Both the position numbers and the translations under genes were made by a program. Source: Haliotis cracherodii (lineage: Eukaryota). Taken from it: a stretch of 64,000 nucleotides of DNA. Each line of letters starts with the position of its first letter. The stretch's first letter is position 1. The notes beneath the pieces were generated by a model. The model had not been told where the DNA came from, did not search any database, and was given only the letters and a program-made list of their open reading frames with translations. Location: assembly GCF_022045235.1 (NCBI RefSeq), contig NW_027266343.1, positions 8,122,001 to 8,186,000 on the forward strand. The letters are read 5' to 3'. Below are positions 25,454-39,897 of this stretch, piece by piece.

Positions 25454-28400
25454 TGTTTTCGTTGTACAAAGGCATTGAAAACTGTTCATTGTCATGTTAC
25501 GTAAAGCCACAAGGTAGGTGGACCAGTCGAATGTAGCGATCCTGTGCAGGGGTGGTAACTCTTGGTCGGCCGGTTCTCGGACGGTCTGCAGTGGAATTGA
25601 ACTGTGTGCATCGGTCACAAAGTCGACAAATAGTGCCATGGTGGACGTTGAAGTGGCGTGCAACAGAAGACCACTATTCCCCTCTTTGGATACGTCCTAT
25701 GACGATGTTCCGATCGGCAGCGCTGTGTCTCGGCATTTTCGAACTTGAAAAATGTTGACAACTGACTGACAAATTATTGGCTTATGCTTTCTTTTTTATA
25801 GCCACTACCACGAGTTACGAATGCGATAACTTGCACGTGCATTTTGCTTTATTGTTTTCTTCCATGACATTTTTCAACAAGTGTGAAAACAATGCCGTTT
25901 AAAATGTTGCAAATCGACACCTTTGTCGAATTTTAGGCAACCAACAATAACATATATCCAATTTTTTGTGTAGCCAGGTTCAATGAACTGCATACTACCT
26001 GTGCGTTTCTTTTTTTGAAGAGTGTATGCTAAAGCATATTGTTGTTTCCCTGCCTGGCGCATCCGGGTGATAAAACTAGCTAGGGGATTTGCTGGGAGTC
26101 AGTATATTGTGTCTGAGTGGGGTATTCATGTTAAACTGCAGCTAGGTATCTTAGTAGGCTAGCACTATAAAACCGGCATTAGTCCGGACTAATAGAAACA
26201 GCCACACACGTGCATGCATGTCACTAAAAAGTGCAATAATATTGAACGCGACATTAAACCCCATTTCACCTCACCTCGCCCTATAGGGTTAAGTTTAGTC
26301 GACTCTACGTTTGTCTCTGTAGTCTGATATATTTCAATGGGTCGAAGTACTTTCATGTGTCATTATAGGTAATAAGAACCCGGATTTAGTCTTTCTTTCT
26401 GATCAAATGACAAATATAAGATCAATTGCTACTTTCAGCAGCAATATTTGATTGGACATATATTTCTTTGGGATTGATGAATAGCAGCACCAACCAATTC
26501 TTATGCAGAAAATTAGTTTATATTTTCCTTAAAAAGGATGGACATGAATGCAATTTACTCTTGAACAACATACCACATTTTAGTATAACTGTGTCATTAT
26601 AAAAAAATTATAACAAAAGTAAGAGCGTTATTTATATGATTTTAACATTAAAGCTGATAGAAGGTTTGCCTCAAACGAAGATCAATTGAATGAGAACGCA
26701 TGTTGTAAATTATGCAACGAACGATTCCATGTGCATGTAATGGCACACTTAACTTTGGAGAGATATTGTGTCAACAACGTCTCTGTGATGACGTTACCAA
26801 CATGCCAAGACCTTAGAAAGCTCGCAATCACCTCATATATCCAATTAGTCGGGTTAGTGTCATCTTGGATGTGCCCTGATCCCGAGATGTTTGACCTTTG
26901 ACTATTTACACAGCTCATGCCCATCTTCAGCATAGCTTAGTTTACCCTCTCGGGTAAGGTATTGGACGTTAATGAAACTAACCTCAACAAAGTTTTATTC
27001 CTTTGAACTCATACGGTCGATATATCCAGATAGGTACCAACTCAACTTTCCGATGTGCTTCCTATCACTGCCAGAAAATGCTGGGAAATACTCAGCCGAA
27101 ATTACTATGCCTAAAAAGAAGGGGGTAGTGGGAATCATTGAGACATATCTTCTGATCTATATGGCATTGGCAAATGGAAATGATATGATCATATCGGCTG
27201 GGGAGTAGACAATCACATCTAATGGTTGGTATGATGAGATGGTGGCGCAGTGTGTTGTTACAGAGGTCGTGGGTCAAATTCGAAATTTGCATTTTGCAGC
27301 CAACGTAACTAATTTGCTTTTCAGACATGCGTGAATTCTTTGGAGCATGCCTCTTATGAGTTGACCAATGTCAGCTTGATTCATGCTGTTCCACTCATCA
27401 GTGAGAACAACACCAAGTTTATTGAGAGTGGTGGGTGGATTTTGACGTCGACGTACACGTCTGCCATTGACGTCCCAGTCCGTGTTCAATGAGGTAAAGG
27501 TCAGGACAGAGTACTAGCCATGGCATCACATGGCTGTTTTGCTGTAACAAGCCTCTTACAGCAGTTGCCTGTTGCAACTGATCCCTTATCTGAATGTCAG
27601 TTTGCAACCGATTTCTTAATGAAATCGTTCTGATTAATATGTCCTGGGCTGGAGTTGGTGCCCATGGTCGTCCAGAGCGGCGTCGATCTGCTGACGACAG
27701 AATGAAACACACATGAAGCGATTGGGCAACAATATTCTGACGTGTGTCCACCTGCAACATGCCTATGGCACGTCAACGTTCAGCACTTCCACACGACGCA
27801 GGATCAATGCTATTTGTTCCTTAATAATTAAATGTGTTAATAAAGTGTCTCCGTGGGTTTGGTTCCAAGAAAACAATATGCGTCTACTCATAACCAAATA
27901 TGAGTGACAACGGTAAATCAGGCCCATGCACGTGCTGTCCGAGGTCACGTTCTTCATGACTGCCACGATGTTGTGTTTGGGGGCTTGATTTCTTGGAAAA
28001 TATTCCTGCCACATAAATCACTTACAGTAAACTAACGGTTATAACGAACTCGCTTATAACGAACTGACGGATATAACGAACTTCCTTTTTGGTCCCGACT
28101 ACTTGCCGTAGTCATGCTGTATATGTACTTATAACGAACTAGGTAATAACGAACTAAAATTAATAGTCCCTTTGAGTTCGTTATAACCGTACTTTACTGT
28201 ACTTTCATTGCCAGACATTGGTGTATTTACCTGTAGTTTCACCTCTTAACAAATCAACCCTATGTGGTTGTGCATGGTTTGTGAAACTGATGCAAGTCCT
28301 ACTAACCTGGACAGAGGAAAGACAAAAGATCGGATCCATCATACACGCAAAAGCCATTTCAAAATGAAAGCACGAACTTTATATTGTCAGAGTGAGCAGG

Positions 28401-29384
28401 ATTCGGCGAATATTTCTGAATGCTTATTTGTATTAAAAATTGATCAAGGTAACTGAAGGATCAAACAGTATTTTGATCAATATTTTACAATATGTCTGGT
28501 CATAATGTCATTATAAATAATCCGGGAAAAGTGAACCAGTGATTGCACAACGATTTTAAAAAATGCATAAGAATTAGTCAAATTCATTTAGGCCTATGTA
28601 AATCTTTTTTTAACTGCAATATTCATAATATGCAGTATTTTGCATCACGGACGTGGTTTGTTTCATGTTTGTTGCATCACGGACGTGGTTTGTTTCATGT
28701 TTGTTTTGCATCACGGACGTGGTTTGTTTCATGTTTGTTTTGCATCACGAACGTGGTTTGTTTCATGTTTGTTGCATCACGGACCTGGTTTGTTTCATGT
28801 TTGTTTTGCATCACGGACGTGGTTTGTTTCATGTTTGTTTTGCATCACGGACGTGGTTTGTTTCATGTTTGTTTTGCATCACGGACGTGGTCTGTTTCAT
28901 GTTTGTTTTGCATCATGGACGTGGTCTGTTTCGTGTTTGTTTTGCATCACGGACGTGGTCTGTTTCATGTTTGTTTTGCATCACGGACGTGGTCTGTTTC
29001 ATGTTTGTTTTGCATCACGGACGTGGTTTATTTCATGTTTTTGTTTGTTCCGTAATCATTGTGTTGTAAGACTTGGTTTTGCATTTAATTTTCATCATGT
29101 CTTATGGTATGATGGTAGGACGCCAAATAACTTCACCATGGCTTCGATTTCAGATCGTGCTTGCCCATTTACACAATTTCGAAGTTTGATGAAAGACTAA
29201 TCACAATCATGTAGGTGGTAATTTAGCCACATGGTTGATATCCCTGGACGCCAAATCAGCAATTTGCTGTTGATTGATCAGAAAGGGGAAACAAAAACAC
29301 AAATTATTCTGCAATTTTTTTAATGATGCATCTATATATTGAAACATGTCAGATATCAAGCAGATATTCACCTGGTCCATGATA

Positions 29385-31932
29385 TCATATTGTGATTGTT
29401 TGTGAGCCAGAACCGAGGTCCACAATCCTCGCGCGTCTTTCGAGAGATATTCGTTTGCCTCCGGGACGGATGACGTCACAATGGACTGAGTTTTGCAATG
29501 TGAGCTTGCCAGTCAAGATAGATACTGCAATGTCCGCTTGGCAAGATGCAATTTCAGAAAAGGTCTCGGGGTCATAGGTGATGGTGCAAACTGTTGGAAG
29601 ATCGAAGAACACTGCTCTGAGAGACCAACTTCCGTGATAAATTCTCATGATGCTTCCAGGAACATAGGCCTCGTCCGTGCATGTGACTTGTACAGATCCT
29701 GTCGCACCCTTGATGACCATTATAGGATCTGGTTTCAGTGTTTGAACAGCCGATGCATCTGTTCGAAAATCCAAAACGGTTTATTAGTTTATTAGACGAC
29801 ACATTATCTACACATTAGGAACAATGAAACAATATATAGTGGACGGTGTAATACAGTAGTGTCAACGCTTTCTGTATAGCGTAAACGCCAGAGAATAACC
29901 AGTCTCGATTATCTGCCGAATCAGATAACCAGAAGACACCAGGTGTTCAAGAATTTTCTTCCTTTTGACTTGTTATTTATTCCATTTACCGCTGAAACAT
30001 TGTCGAGCCATATTAAATGTTAACCCACTTACTCAAGAGCTAAAGCGATGAAGAAATTATTTTTTACAATTGCCAGGGTCCTGTTACAAGAAGCGGATTT
30101 GGTACTACGACTGTCGTAACCATATCCTCATTAAACATAAATTTAGGATACATATATAAATATATATCATTGTTTTCTGGAAAGAAAAAATAATACTTAC
30201 AGCACTGACTTACGACGTCAATACTTTATCAACATGGATATGTTCAGTTTAAAAGTTTCAAGGAACATTTCGTAAAAATATCTAACAATAAACAGTGTCT
30301 TAGAAGCAGTTGTGAAAAATCATCTTCATTGAGAAACGTTGTCATTATGAGAATAAATGGGATTTTGTTCGCATTGGTGTTATATTTTAGCTTGATTGTT
30401 TAAAAGGGAAGTGTAAATATTACCCTGTGCAATGTAAAAAATGTGCTGAGATCCTAAACACAAACCTAAACACATATCTTGTCACATACTTTGGACGCGC
30501 TGAGTTAGAAGCTGAACATGTGTAAGGTCAAAATATGGGAAAGACCCGTATCTTAATCCCCAATATTATGCACAATATTTACACGTGTATAAATACTAAA
30601 CACATTCAGACACTTAACATGTTTAAATTCTAAACATTTTTAGTAATGAAACATATTTACAAATTGAATCTAAACATGTTTAGATTATGTTGATGTTGTG
30701 CTGAAGTGATGTTCAGGCTGTGAGACGAGATATCATTTCATGTGTTTAGACCCTAAACGTGATTAGATAGCACACACCAAATGTGTATACCGTTCAGGAC
30801 TTAAACACATTCTTAAACATGTTTAGATATAAACATGCACTTTATTTGTTTTCATTCTAAACATCTTTTACAATATTTGTCAATATGAGAACACTTACTT
30901 TTAAGAACGTACAGGTTATATCATAGCTTGCTTAAATAGCTAATGTCATCTAAAAGAGACAAGTGAAGTGGAAATATTCCCCTCTGTGCCGAGGATGATG
31001 AGAACACTTACTTTTAAAAACGTACACGTCGAGGAGGTGGGTCTGATCTGTGCTTCCTGTACCAATAACATGGCAGAGGTAATATCCAGAAAGACCATTT
31101 GTGATGTTCTTGACTGTAGCAGTAGCCTTCAAAGAACTGTCTTCAGGAATCTGAGGAACCACTGGGCCATCTTGTCTCCCAAGCCCTTGTTCTCTTGACC
31201 ACATGGATTGCTCATAGCAGGGTATCGTGAAGAAGTAGCGTCCACAGGACAGGAATGTCCACTCCACTCTGTCATACTGCTCGCCCGGATGTAGAGTAAC
31301 CGGGCACGTGAGTGTGACGTCATCACCGGATGTGAAGGAAAGTCTTGACTGTTCTATTAGTTATAAATGATTGAACTAAGAGATAATTAATAGAATTTGG
31401 AATCTAAAATGAGAATATAAATTTTGTTTTGGTCAAACTATTCTTGTCTAGATTCTACCCCAGGCTTGTATCAGTGTGGAGTGAGGGAGTTGGTCATGTG
31501 GGGTTTAACACAGTGACCCTCTTAAACAATATGACGAGATGAAATCAGGCAACAACTGCCGATTAATTGGAAGTCGAAGGCCTTAAACCTCATCCGGACT
31601 TCATATCAGATCATATCATCAACATCAACATGTAATGCAATCGAATAATCATAGTATTCACTGACCTTTCCAAATAGTGTCCAAAACAACACGCTTGTCA
31701 GCCAGTGACCACATGTCATTATAATCATTAGCATTGAAAAATTTAGTTCTAGTTCAATTTAATTTGTGAGATAATTTGGCTGAATTAATCGTTTTTCTTC
31801 TTTTTTTCGAAAGAGTTCTATGTTAAGAGTATATACTGAATAGTACGCACCGTAAGAGTCTGGCAGGAAACTCAACTGTTCCGTGACCATGGGCAGACAC
31901 AGGAGAACGACGGCCAGTCCAGTGAGGGTCAT
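29385..31932 (-). CDS. Secreted two-Ig-domain protein, copy 4 (265 aa); exons 31851-31932, 31012-31353, 29385-29758
   Basis: Canonical splice sites and an open frame. Intron 1 is the longer type (497 nt). D1 variant is YFFTIPCYEQ...RQDGPVVP. Confidence 0.85.
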
Positions 31933-32235
31933 CTTGGATTTGCTGCAGTGTCCCACCGTCTTGTGTTTAAATCCCCTCCTTGTATTTACATGACACACTG
32001 ACCTATCTGCTAAACAAATACATTTACCCTGATTAGCGCCACGTCAAATTGCAAGTAACTATAACACTCCTTTGGTAAATCTTCAGGCGTGTTAAAGGAA
32101 CAGAAGTAGACCTCAAGTTATCCAGCGCCGTTCATTCCTTCGGGATGCACTGCCATTACTGTTTGAAAAGGTTAATACACCAACCCCACTACACCAGAGG
32201 CTATGCTCTACATGTTCAACCATTGATGACGAAGT

Positions 32236-32514
32236 TAGTGAGTGAGTTGGGTTTAACGCCGCTTTTAACAGTATTACAGTTATATCGCGGCGTGTCAGCT
32301 TAATGTGGGAGGAAAGCCCGAAGTGATGCAGGTCTCAGACGTTTACCACTTCGGTGAAACTCACGAGCACGGGCATGGTGCTTACAAACCTAGAAACATA
32401 ATCGGGGCGAACCGGGATTCGAACCAACAATCATAGGTTTCTGGCATGTCTAAGGGACGCAACTCTGCACAGCGAATCTCGGCGCCTTAGACGACTGGGC
32501 CACCCGTGCCCCCC
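32236..32514 (-). mobile_element. tRNA-derived SINE, family D (also 37488-37767 and 44404-44679)
   Basis: Head ggggcacgggtggcccagtcgtctaaggcg, B box ggttcgaatccc and (actc)n tail. Confidence 0.85.
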
Positions 32515-32961
32515 TTTACATCTGAATCAGGCATGGAATGACGAAATGAAATATTGTTTTCTGAACTATAAAATAATGTTTAGCCAAATAATTAGGCCAT
32601 GTTGCGACATTTGAATTTACCGGCGTCATACCGGGGGCGCCCTGACAGCATTCGACTCAAAGTTCTTCTTTGTACAATAATAAGACTTGTCAGCTGAGCG
32701 GAATAATGCCGATAACGAAAATAGATACAGTTTGTCACGCGAATGTGTTTTGGGAAGGTAAATACTGGTATCCTGTCTCAGGAAAACATTGTATTTAGCG
32801 AACCTTGGCGTGCTCCTCGTGCTCACGCAGTAATACGCACCCTATGAAGTCATCAGAAACGTCCAATCTAACGTACACAAACAGAAACTGATATTGGTAT
32901 AATTCATGAAACATGGCATCATATTGCCTTAGTTGCTTATACTGTCACAATCAAAATCACA

Positions 32962-33500
32962 TGTGACCAACCAAGGGACCTTATGGGTGAAAAATCACAT
33001 TTTGATTTCTTATAATTTTTTTAAACTACAATATCTTAGTAACATAAAAATACACTTCACAACCATCACTTCATATGTATTGCAGATACATGGTATCAAA
33101 CATTTGGACTTATTTTCTGCAAAATCCAATTTTCAGTCTTGAAGTAACAGCTGTTGTAATAATTTAGATATAATAACTGATTAATCGAAAGTAGACATGG
33201 TAGCTCAATTTTTATTAATAATGCTTTTATTACATTGCAAACTAAAAAGAAAGAAGTAAGATATTTTTTCACAGTCCTCAAACATGGCGATATTTAAGAA
33301 GAAAGTTGACAACAGACATTTGGACTCATTTTCTGCAAAGTCCAACTCTCAGGCTGATGACTGTTTATGTAATAATTGCAGTTTTTAGATATAATGGCGA
33401 TTTTTACGGAAGAAAGTTGAGGTCAAACGTCTTTCTTTGTGACGTCACAGCAGAATTGTATCCTAGCACCCATAAGGTCCCTTTCTCCCCGCGGGTCACA
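32962..33500. mobile_element. Non-autonomous TIR element (also 38215-38753 and a longer copy at 45128-45779)
   Basis: Inverted ends tgtgacc...agggaccttatgggtg / cacccataaggtccct...ggtcaca with an AT-rich interior. Confidence 0.65.
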
Positions 33501-34644
33501 TATCTGGTAGTGGTACAATGTGACACTAATCAAACGCAGGCCGTCACTTTGTAGGCACTTGGCTAGGCGCCTTCATTGGCAATGACAAGACAAATTTGTT
33601 CAGTCGAATCCCGATGGTTCTAAGTTTTTCCCAGTTAGTCACGAGTCTGGCCGGCCTGACCCTGTCCTACATTGATAGATGGGCTGAGAGTAAGTAAAAC
33701 TATGTGAGTATAGTTGGTGTTGCGTTTCTTTGTTATGCGAGTATGAATACTGATAGAGACAACTTGGAGTAAGCGTCGTTAGACCAATCACTCCATGACG
33801 GAGCCGAACCGCTGGGGCCAAGGCGAGTGGCAAAGTCATGGCGTAATTGACCATGATGACCAGGAACGGCAATACATTTAGTAACTGTAGTAGGGTCGCA
33901 GTTACGACACTTATCTAAATGTCAGTTTGCAACCGATTTCTTAATGAAATCGTTCTGATTAATCTGTCCCGGGCTGGAGTTGGTGCCCCTGGTCGTCCAG
34001 ATCGGCGTCGATCTGCTGACAACAGAATGAAACACACATGAAGCGATTGGGAAACAATATTCTGACGTGTGTCCACCTGCAACATGCCTATGGCACGAAA
34101 ACGTTCAGCACCTTCCACACGACGCAGGATCAATGCTATTTTTTCCTTAATGATTAAATGTGTTTAAGAAAGTGTCTCCGAGGGTTTGGTTCCAAGAAAA
34201 CAATATGCGTCTACTCATAACCAAATGTGAGCGACAACGGTAAATCAGGCATAACGCCCATTGCACGTGCTGTTCGAGGTCACATGCTTCATGACTGCCA
34301 CAATGTTGTGTTTGGGAGCTTCTTTTCTTGGTAAATATTCTTGCCACAGAAATCACTGTGTTTGTTTTGTTCCGCAATCATTGTTTTGTAAGACTTGGTT
34401 TTGCATTAATTTTAAATTTCATCATGTTATGATGGTAGGACGCCAAATGACTTTACCATGGCTTCGATTTCAGATTGAAGTTTGATGAAAAAGTCATCAC
34501 AATCATGAACGTGGGAATTTGGCCACTTGGTTGATATCCCTGAACGCCAGATCAGCAATTAGCTGTTTATCGATCAGAAAGGAGAAACAAAAACACAAAT
34601 TATTCTGCAATGTTTTTTTAAAAATGCATCTATATTGAAACATG

Positions 34645-37185
34645 TCAGTTATCAAGCAGACCGAGGTCCACAATCCTCGCGCGTTTTAGGAGAGATATCC
34701 GTTTGCCTCCGGGACGGATGACGTCACAATGGACTGAGTTTTGCAATGTGAGCTTGCCAGTCAAGATGGATACTGCAATGTCCGCTTGGCAAGATGCAAT
34801 TTCAGAAAAGGTCTCGGGGTCATAGGTGATGGTGCAAACTGTTGGAAGATCGAAGAATGCTGCTCTGAAAGACCAACTTCCGTGATAAATTCTCATGATG
34901 CTTCCAGGAACATAGGCCTCGTCCGTGCATGTGACTTTTACAGATCCTGTTGCACCCTTGATGACCATTATAGGATCTGGTTTCAATATTTGAACAGCCG
35001 ATGCATCTGTTAGAAAACCCAAAGCAGTTTATTAGTTAATTAGACGACACATTATCTACACATTAGGAACAATGAAACAATATATAGTGGACGGTGTAAT
35101 ACAGTAGTGTCAGCGCTTTCTCTATAGCGTAAACGCCAGAGAATAACCAGTCTCGATTATCTGCCGAATCAGATAACGAGAAGACACCAGGTGCTCAAGA
35201 ATTTTCTTCCTTTTGACTTGTTATTTATTCCATTTACAGCTGAAACATTGTCGAGCCATGTTAAATGTTAACCCACTTACTCAAGAACTCAAGCGATGAA
35301 GAAATTATTTTTTACCATTGCCAAGGTCCTGTTACAAGAAGCGGATTTGGCACTACGACTGTCGTAACCATATCTTCATTAAAAATAAATTTAGGATACA
35401 TATATAAATATATATCATTGCTTTGTGGAAAGAAAAAATAATACTTACAGCACTGATTTACGACGTCAATACTTTATCAACATGGATATGTTCAGTTTAA
35501 AAGTTTCAAGGAACATTTCGTAAAAATATCTAACAATAAACAGTGTCTTAGAAGCAGTTGTGAAAAATCATCTTCATTGAGAAACGTTGTCATTATGAGA
35601 ATAAATGTGATTTTGTTCGCATTGGTGTTATATTTTAGCTTGATTGAAAAGTTTAAAAGGGAAGTGTAAATATTACCCTGTGCAATGTAAAAAATGTGCT
35701 GAGATCCTAAACACAAACCTAAACACATATCTTGTCACATACTTTGGACGCGCTGAGTTAGAAGCTGAACATTTGTAAGGTCAAAATATGGGAAAGACCC
35801 GTATCTTAATCCCCAATATTATGCACTATATTTACACGTGTATAAATACTAAACACATTCAGACACTTAACATGTTTAAATTCTAAACATTTTTAGTAAT
35901 GAAACATATTTACAAATTGAATCTAAACATGTTTAGATTATGTTGATGTTGTGCTGAAGTGATGTTCAGGCTGTGAGACGAGATATCATTTCATGTGTTT
36001 AGACCCTAAACGTGATTAGATAGGACACACCAAATGTATATACCGTTCAGGACTTAAACACATTCTTAAACATGTTTAGATATAAACATGTACTTTATTT
36101 GTTTTCATTCTAAACATCTTTTACAATATTTGTCAATATGAGAACACTTACGTTTAAGAACGTGCACGTTATATTATAGCTTGCTTCAATAGCCAATGTC
36201 ATCTAAAAGAGACACGTGAAGTGGAAATATTCCACCGTGTGCCGTGGATGATGAGAGCACTTACTTTTAAGAACGTACACGTCGAGGAGGTGTGTCTGAT
36301 CTGTGCTTCCTGTACCAATAACTTGACAGAGGTAATATCCAGAAAGACCATTTGTGATGTTCTTGACTGTAGCAGTAGCCTTCAAAGAACTGTCTTCAGG
36401 AATCTGAGGAACCACTGGGCCATCTTGTCTCCCAAGCCCTTGTTCTCTTGACCACATGGATTGCTCATAGCAGGGTATCGTGAAGAAGTAGCGTCCACAG
36501 GACAGGAATGTCCACTCCACTCTGTCATACTGCTCGCCCGGATGTAGAGTAACCGGGCACGTGAGTGTGACGTCATCACCGGATGTGAAGGAAAGTCTTG
36601 ACTGTTCTAATAGTTATAAATGATTGAACTAAGAGATAATTGATAGAATTTGGAATCTAAAATGAGAATATAAATTTTGTTTTGGTCAAACTATTTTTGT
36701 CTAGATTCTACCCCAGGCTTGTATCAGTGTGGCGTGAGGGAATTGGTCATGTGGGGTTTAACACAGTGACCCTCTTAAACAATATGACGAGATGAAATCA
36801 GGCAACAACTGCCGATTAATTGGAAGTCGAAGGCCTTAAACCTCATCCGGGCTTCATATCAGATCATATCATCAACATCAACATGTAATGCAATCGAATA
36901 ATCATAGTATTCACTGATCTTTCCAAATAGTGTCCAAAACAACACACGTGTCAGCCAGTGACCACATGTCATTATAATCGTTAGCATTGGAAAATTTAGT
37001 TCTAGTTCAATTTAATTTGTGAGATATTTTGGCTGAATTAATCGTTTTTCTTCTTTTTTTCGAAAGAGTTCTATGTTAAGAGTATATACTGAATAGTACG
37101 CACCGTAAAAGTCTGGCAGGAAACTCAACTGTTCCGTGACCATGGGCAGACACAGGAGAACGACGGCCAGTCCAGTGAGGGTCAT
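34645..37185 (-). CDS. Secreted two-Ig-domain protein, copy 5 (261 aa); exons 37104-37185, 36265-36606, 34645-35006
   Basis: Canonical splice sites and an open frame. The C-terminus is IVDLGLLDN*, caused by a deletion across the original stop codon. Confidence 0.85.
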
Positions 37186-39897
37186 CTTGGATTTGCTGCA
37201 GTGTCCCACCGTCTTGTGTTTAAATCCCCTCCTGGTATTTACATGGCACACTGACCTATCTGCTAAACAAATACATTTACCCTGATTAGCGCCACGTCAA
37301 ATTGCAAGTAACTATAACACTCCTTTGGTAAATCTTCAGGCGTGTTAAAGGAACAGAAGTAGACCTCAAGTTATCCAGCGCCGTTCATCCCTTCGGGATG
37401 CACTGCCATTACTGTTTGAAAAGGTTAATACACCAACCCCACTACACCAGAGGCTATGCTCTACATGTTCAACCATTGATGACGAAGTGAGTGAGTGAGT
37501 TGGGTTTAACGCCGCTTTTAACAGTATTCCAGTTATATCACGGCGTGTCAGCTTAATGTGGGAGGAAAGCCCGAAGTGATGCAGGTCTCAGACGTTTACC
37601 ACTTCGGTGAAACTCACGAGCACGGGCATGGTGCTTACAAACCTAGAAACATAATCGGGGCGAACCGGGATTCGAACCAACAATCATAGGTTTCTGGCAT
37701 GTCTAAGGGACGCAACTCTGCACAGCGAATCTCGGCGCCTTAGACGACTGGGCCACCCGTGCCCCCCTTTACATCTGAATCAGGCATGGAATGACGAAAT
37801 GAAATATTGTTTTCTGAACTATAAAATAATGTTTAGCCAAATAATTAGGCCATGTTGCGACATTTGAATTTACCGGCGTCATACCGGGGGCGCCCTGACA
37901 GCATTCGACTCAAAGTTCTTCTTTGTACAATAATAAGACTTGTCAGCTGAGTGGAATAATGCCGATAACGAAAATAGATACAGTTTGTCACGCGAATGTG
38001 TTTTGGGAAGGTAAATACTGGTATCCTGTCTCAGGAAAACATTGTATTTAGCGAACCTTGGCGTGCTCCTCGTGCTCACGCAGTAATACGCACCCTATGA
38101 AGTCATCATAAACGTCCAATCTAACGTACACAAACAGAAACTGATATTGGTATAATTCATGAAACATGGCATCATATTGCCTTAGTTGCTTATACTGTCA
38201 CAATCAAAATCACATGTGACCAACCAAGGGACCTTATGGGTGAAAAATCACATTTTGATTTCTTATAATTTTTTTAAACTACAATATCTTAGTAACATAA
38301 AAATACACTTCACAACCATCACTTCATATGTATTGCAGATACATGGTATCAAACATTTGGACTTATTTTCTGCAAAATCCAATTTTCAGTCTTGAAGTAA
38401 CAGCTGTTGTAATAATTTAGATATAATAACTGATTAATCGAAAGTAGACATGGTAGCTCAATTTTTATTAATAATGCTTTTATTACATTGCAAACTAAAA
38501 AGAAAGAAGTAAGATATTTTTTCACAGTCCTCAAACATGGCGATATTTAAGAAGAAAGTTGACAACAGACATTTGGACTCATTTTCTGCAAAGTCCAACT
38601 CTCAGGCTGATGACTGTTTATGTAATAATTGCAGTTTTTAGATATAATGGCGATTTTTACGGAAGAAAGTTGAGGTCAAACGTCTTTCTTTGTGACGTCA
38701 CAGCAGAATTGTATCCTAGCACCCATAAGGTCCCTTTCTCCCCGCGGGTCACATATCTGGTAGTGGTACAATGTGACACTAATCAAACGCAGGCCGTCAC
38801 TTTGTAGGCACTTGGCTAGGCGCCTTCATTGGCAATGACAAGACAAATTTGTTCAGTCGAATCCCGATGGTTCTAAGTTTTTCCCAGTTAGTCACGAGTC
38901 TGGCCGGCCTGACCCTGTCCTACATTGATAGATGGGCTGAGAGTAAGTAAAACTATGTGAGTATAGTTGGTGTTGCGTTTCTTTGTTATGCGAGTATGAA
39001 TACTGATAGAGACAACTTGGAGTAAGCGTCGTTAGACCAATCACTCCATGACGGAGCCGAACCGCTGGGGCCAAGGCGAGTGGCAAAGTCATGGCGTAAT
39101 TGACCATGATGACCAGGAACGGCAATACATTTAGTAACTGTAGTAGGGTCGCAGTTACGACACTTATCTAAATGTCAGTTTGCAACCGATTTCTTAATGA
39201 AATCGTTCTGATTAATCTGTCCCGGGCTGGAGTTGGTGCCCCTGGTCGTCCAGAGCGGCGTCGATCTGCTGACAACAGAATGAAACACACATGAAGCGAT
39301 TGGGAAACAATATTCTGACGTGTGTCCACCTGCAACATGCCTATGGCACGAAAACGTTCAGCACCTTCCACACGACGCAGGATCAATGCTATTTTTTCCT
39401 TAATGATTAAATGTGTTTAAGAAAGTGTCTCCGAGGGTTTGGTTCCAAGAAAACAATATGCGTCTACTCATAACCAAATGTGAGCGACAACGGTAAATCA
39501 GGCATAACGCCCATTGCACGTGCTGTTCGAGGTCACATGCTTCATGACTGCCACAATGTTGTGTTTGGGAGCTTCTTTTCTTGGTAAATATTCTTGCCAC
39601 AGAAATCACTGTGTTTGTTTTGTTCCGCAATCATTGTTTTGTAAGACTTGGTTTTGCATTAATTTTAAATTTCATCATGTTATGATGGTAGGACGCCAAA
39701 TGACTTTACCATGGCTTCGATTTCAGATTGAAGTTTGATGAAAAAGTCATCACAATCATGAACGTGGGAATTTGGCCACTTGGTTGATATCCCTGAACGC
39801 CAGATCAGCAATTAGCTGTTTATCGATCAGAAAGGAGAAACAAAAACACAAATTATTCTGCAATGTTTTTTTAAAAATGCATCTATATTGAAACATG

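Larger units (their letters stand above)
2721..30885. repeat. Tandem segmental triplication, ~9.2-9.6 kb unit (approx. 2721-12305, 12306-21674, 21675-30885)
   Basis: The same gene, TE and minisatellite order recurs three times. ATG-to-ATG spacing is 9585, 9369 and 9430 nt. Confidence 0.9.
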
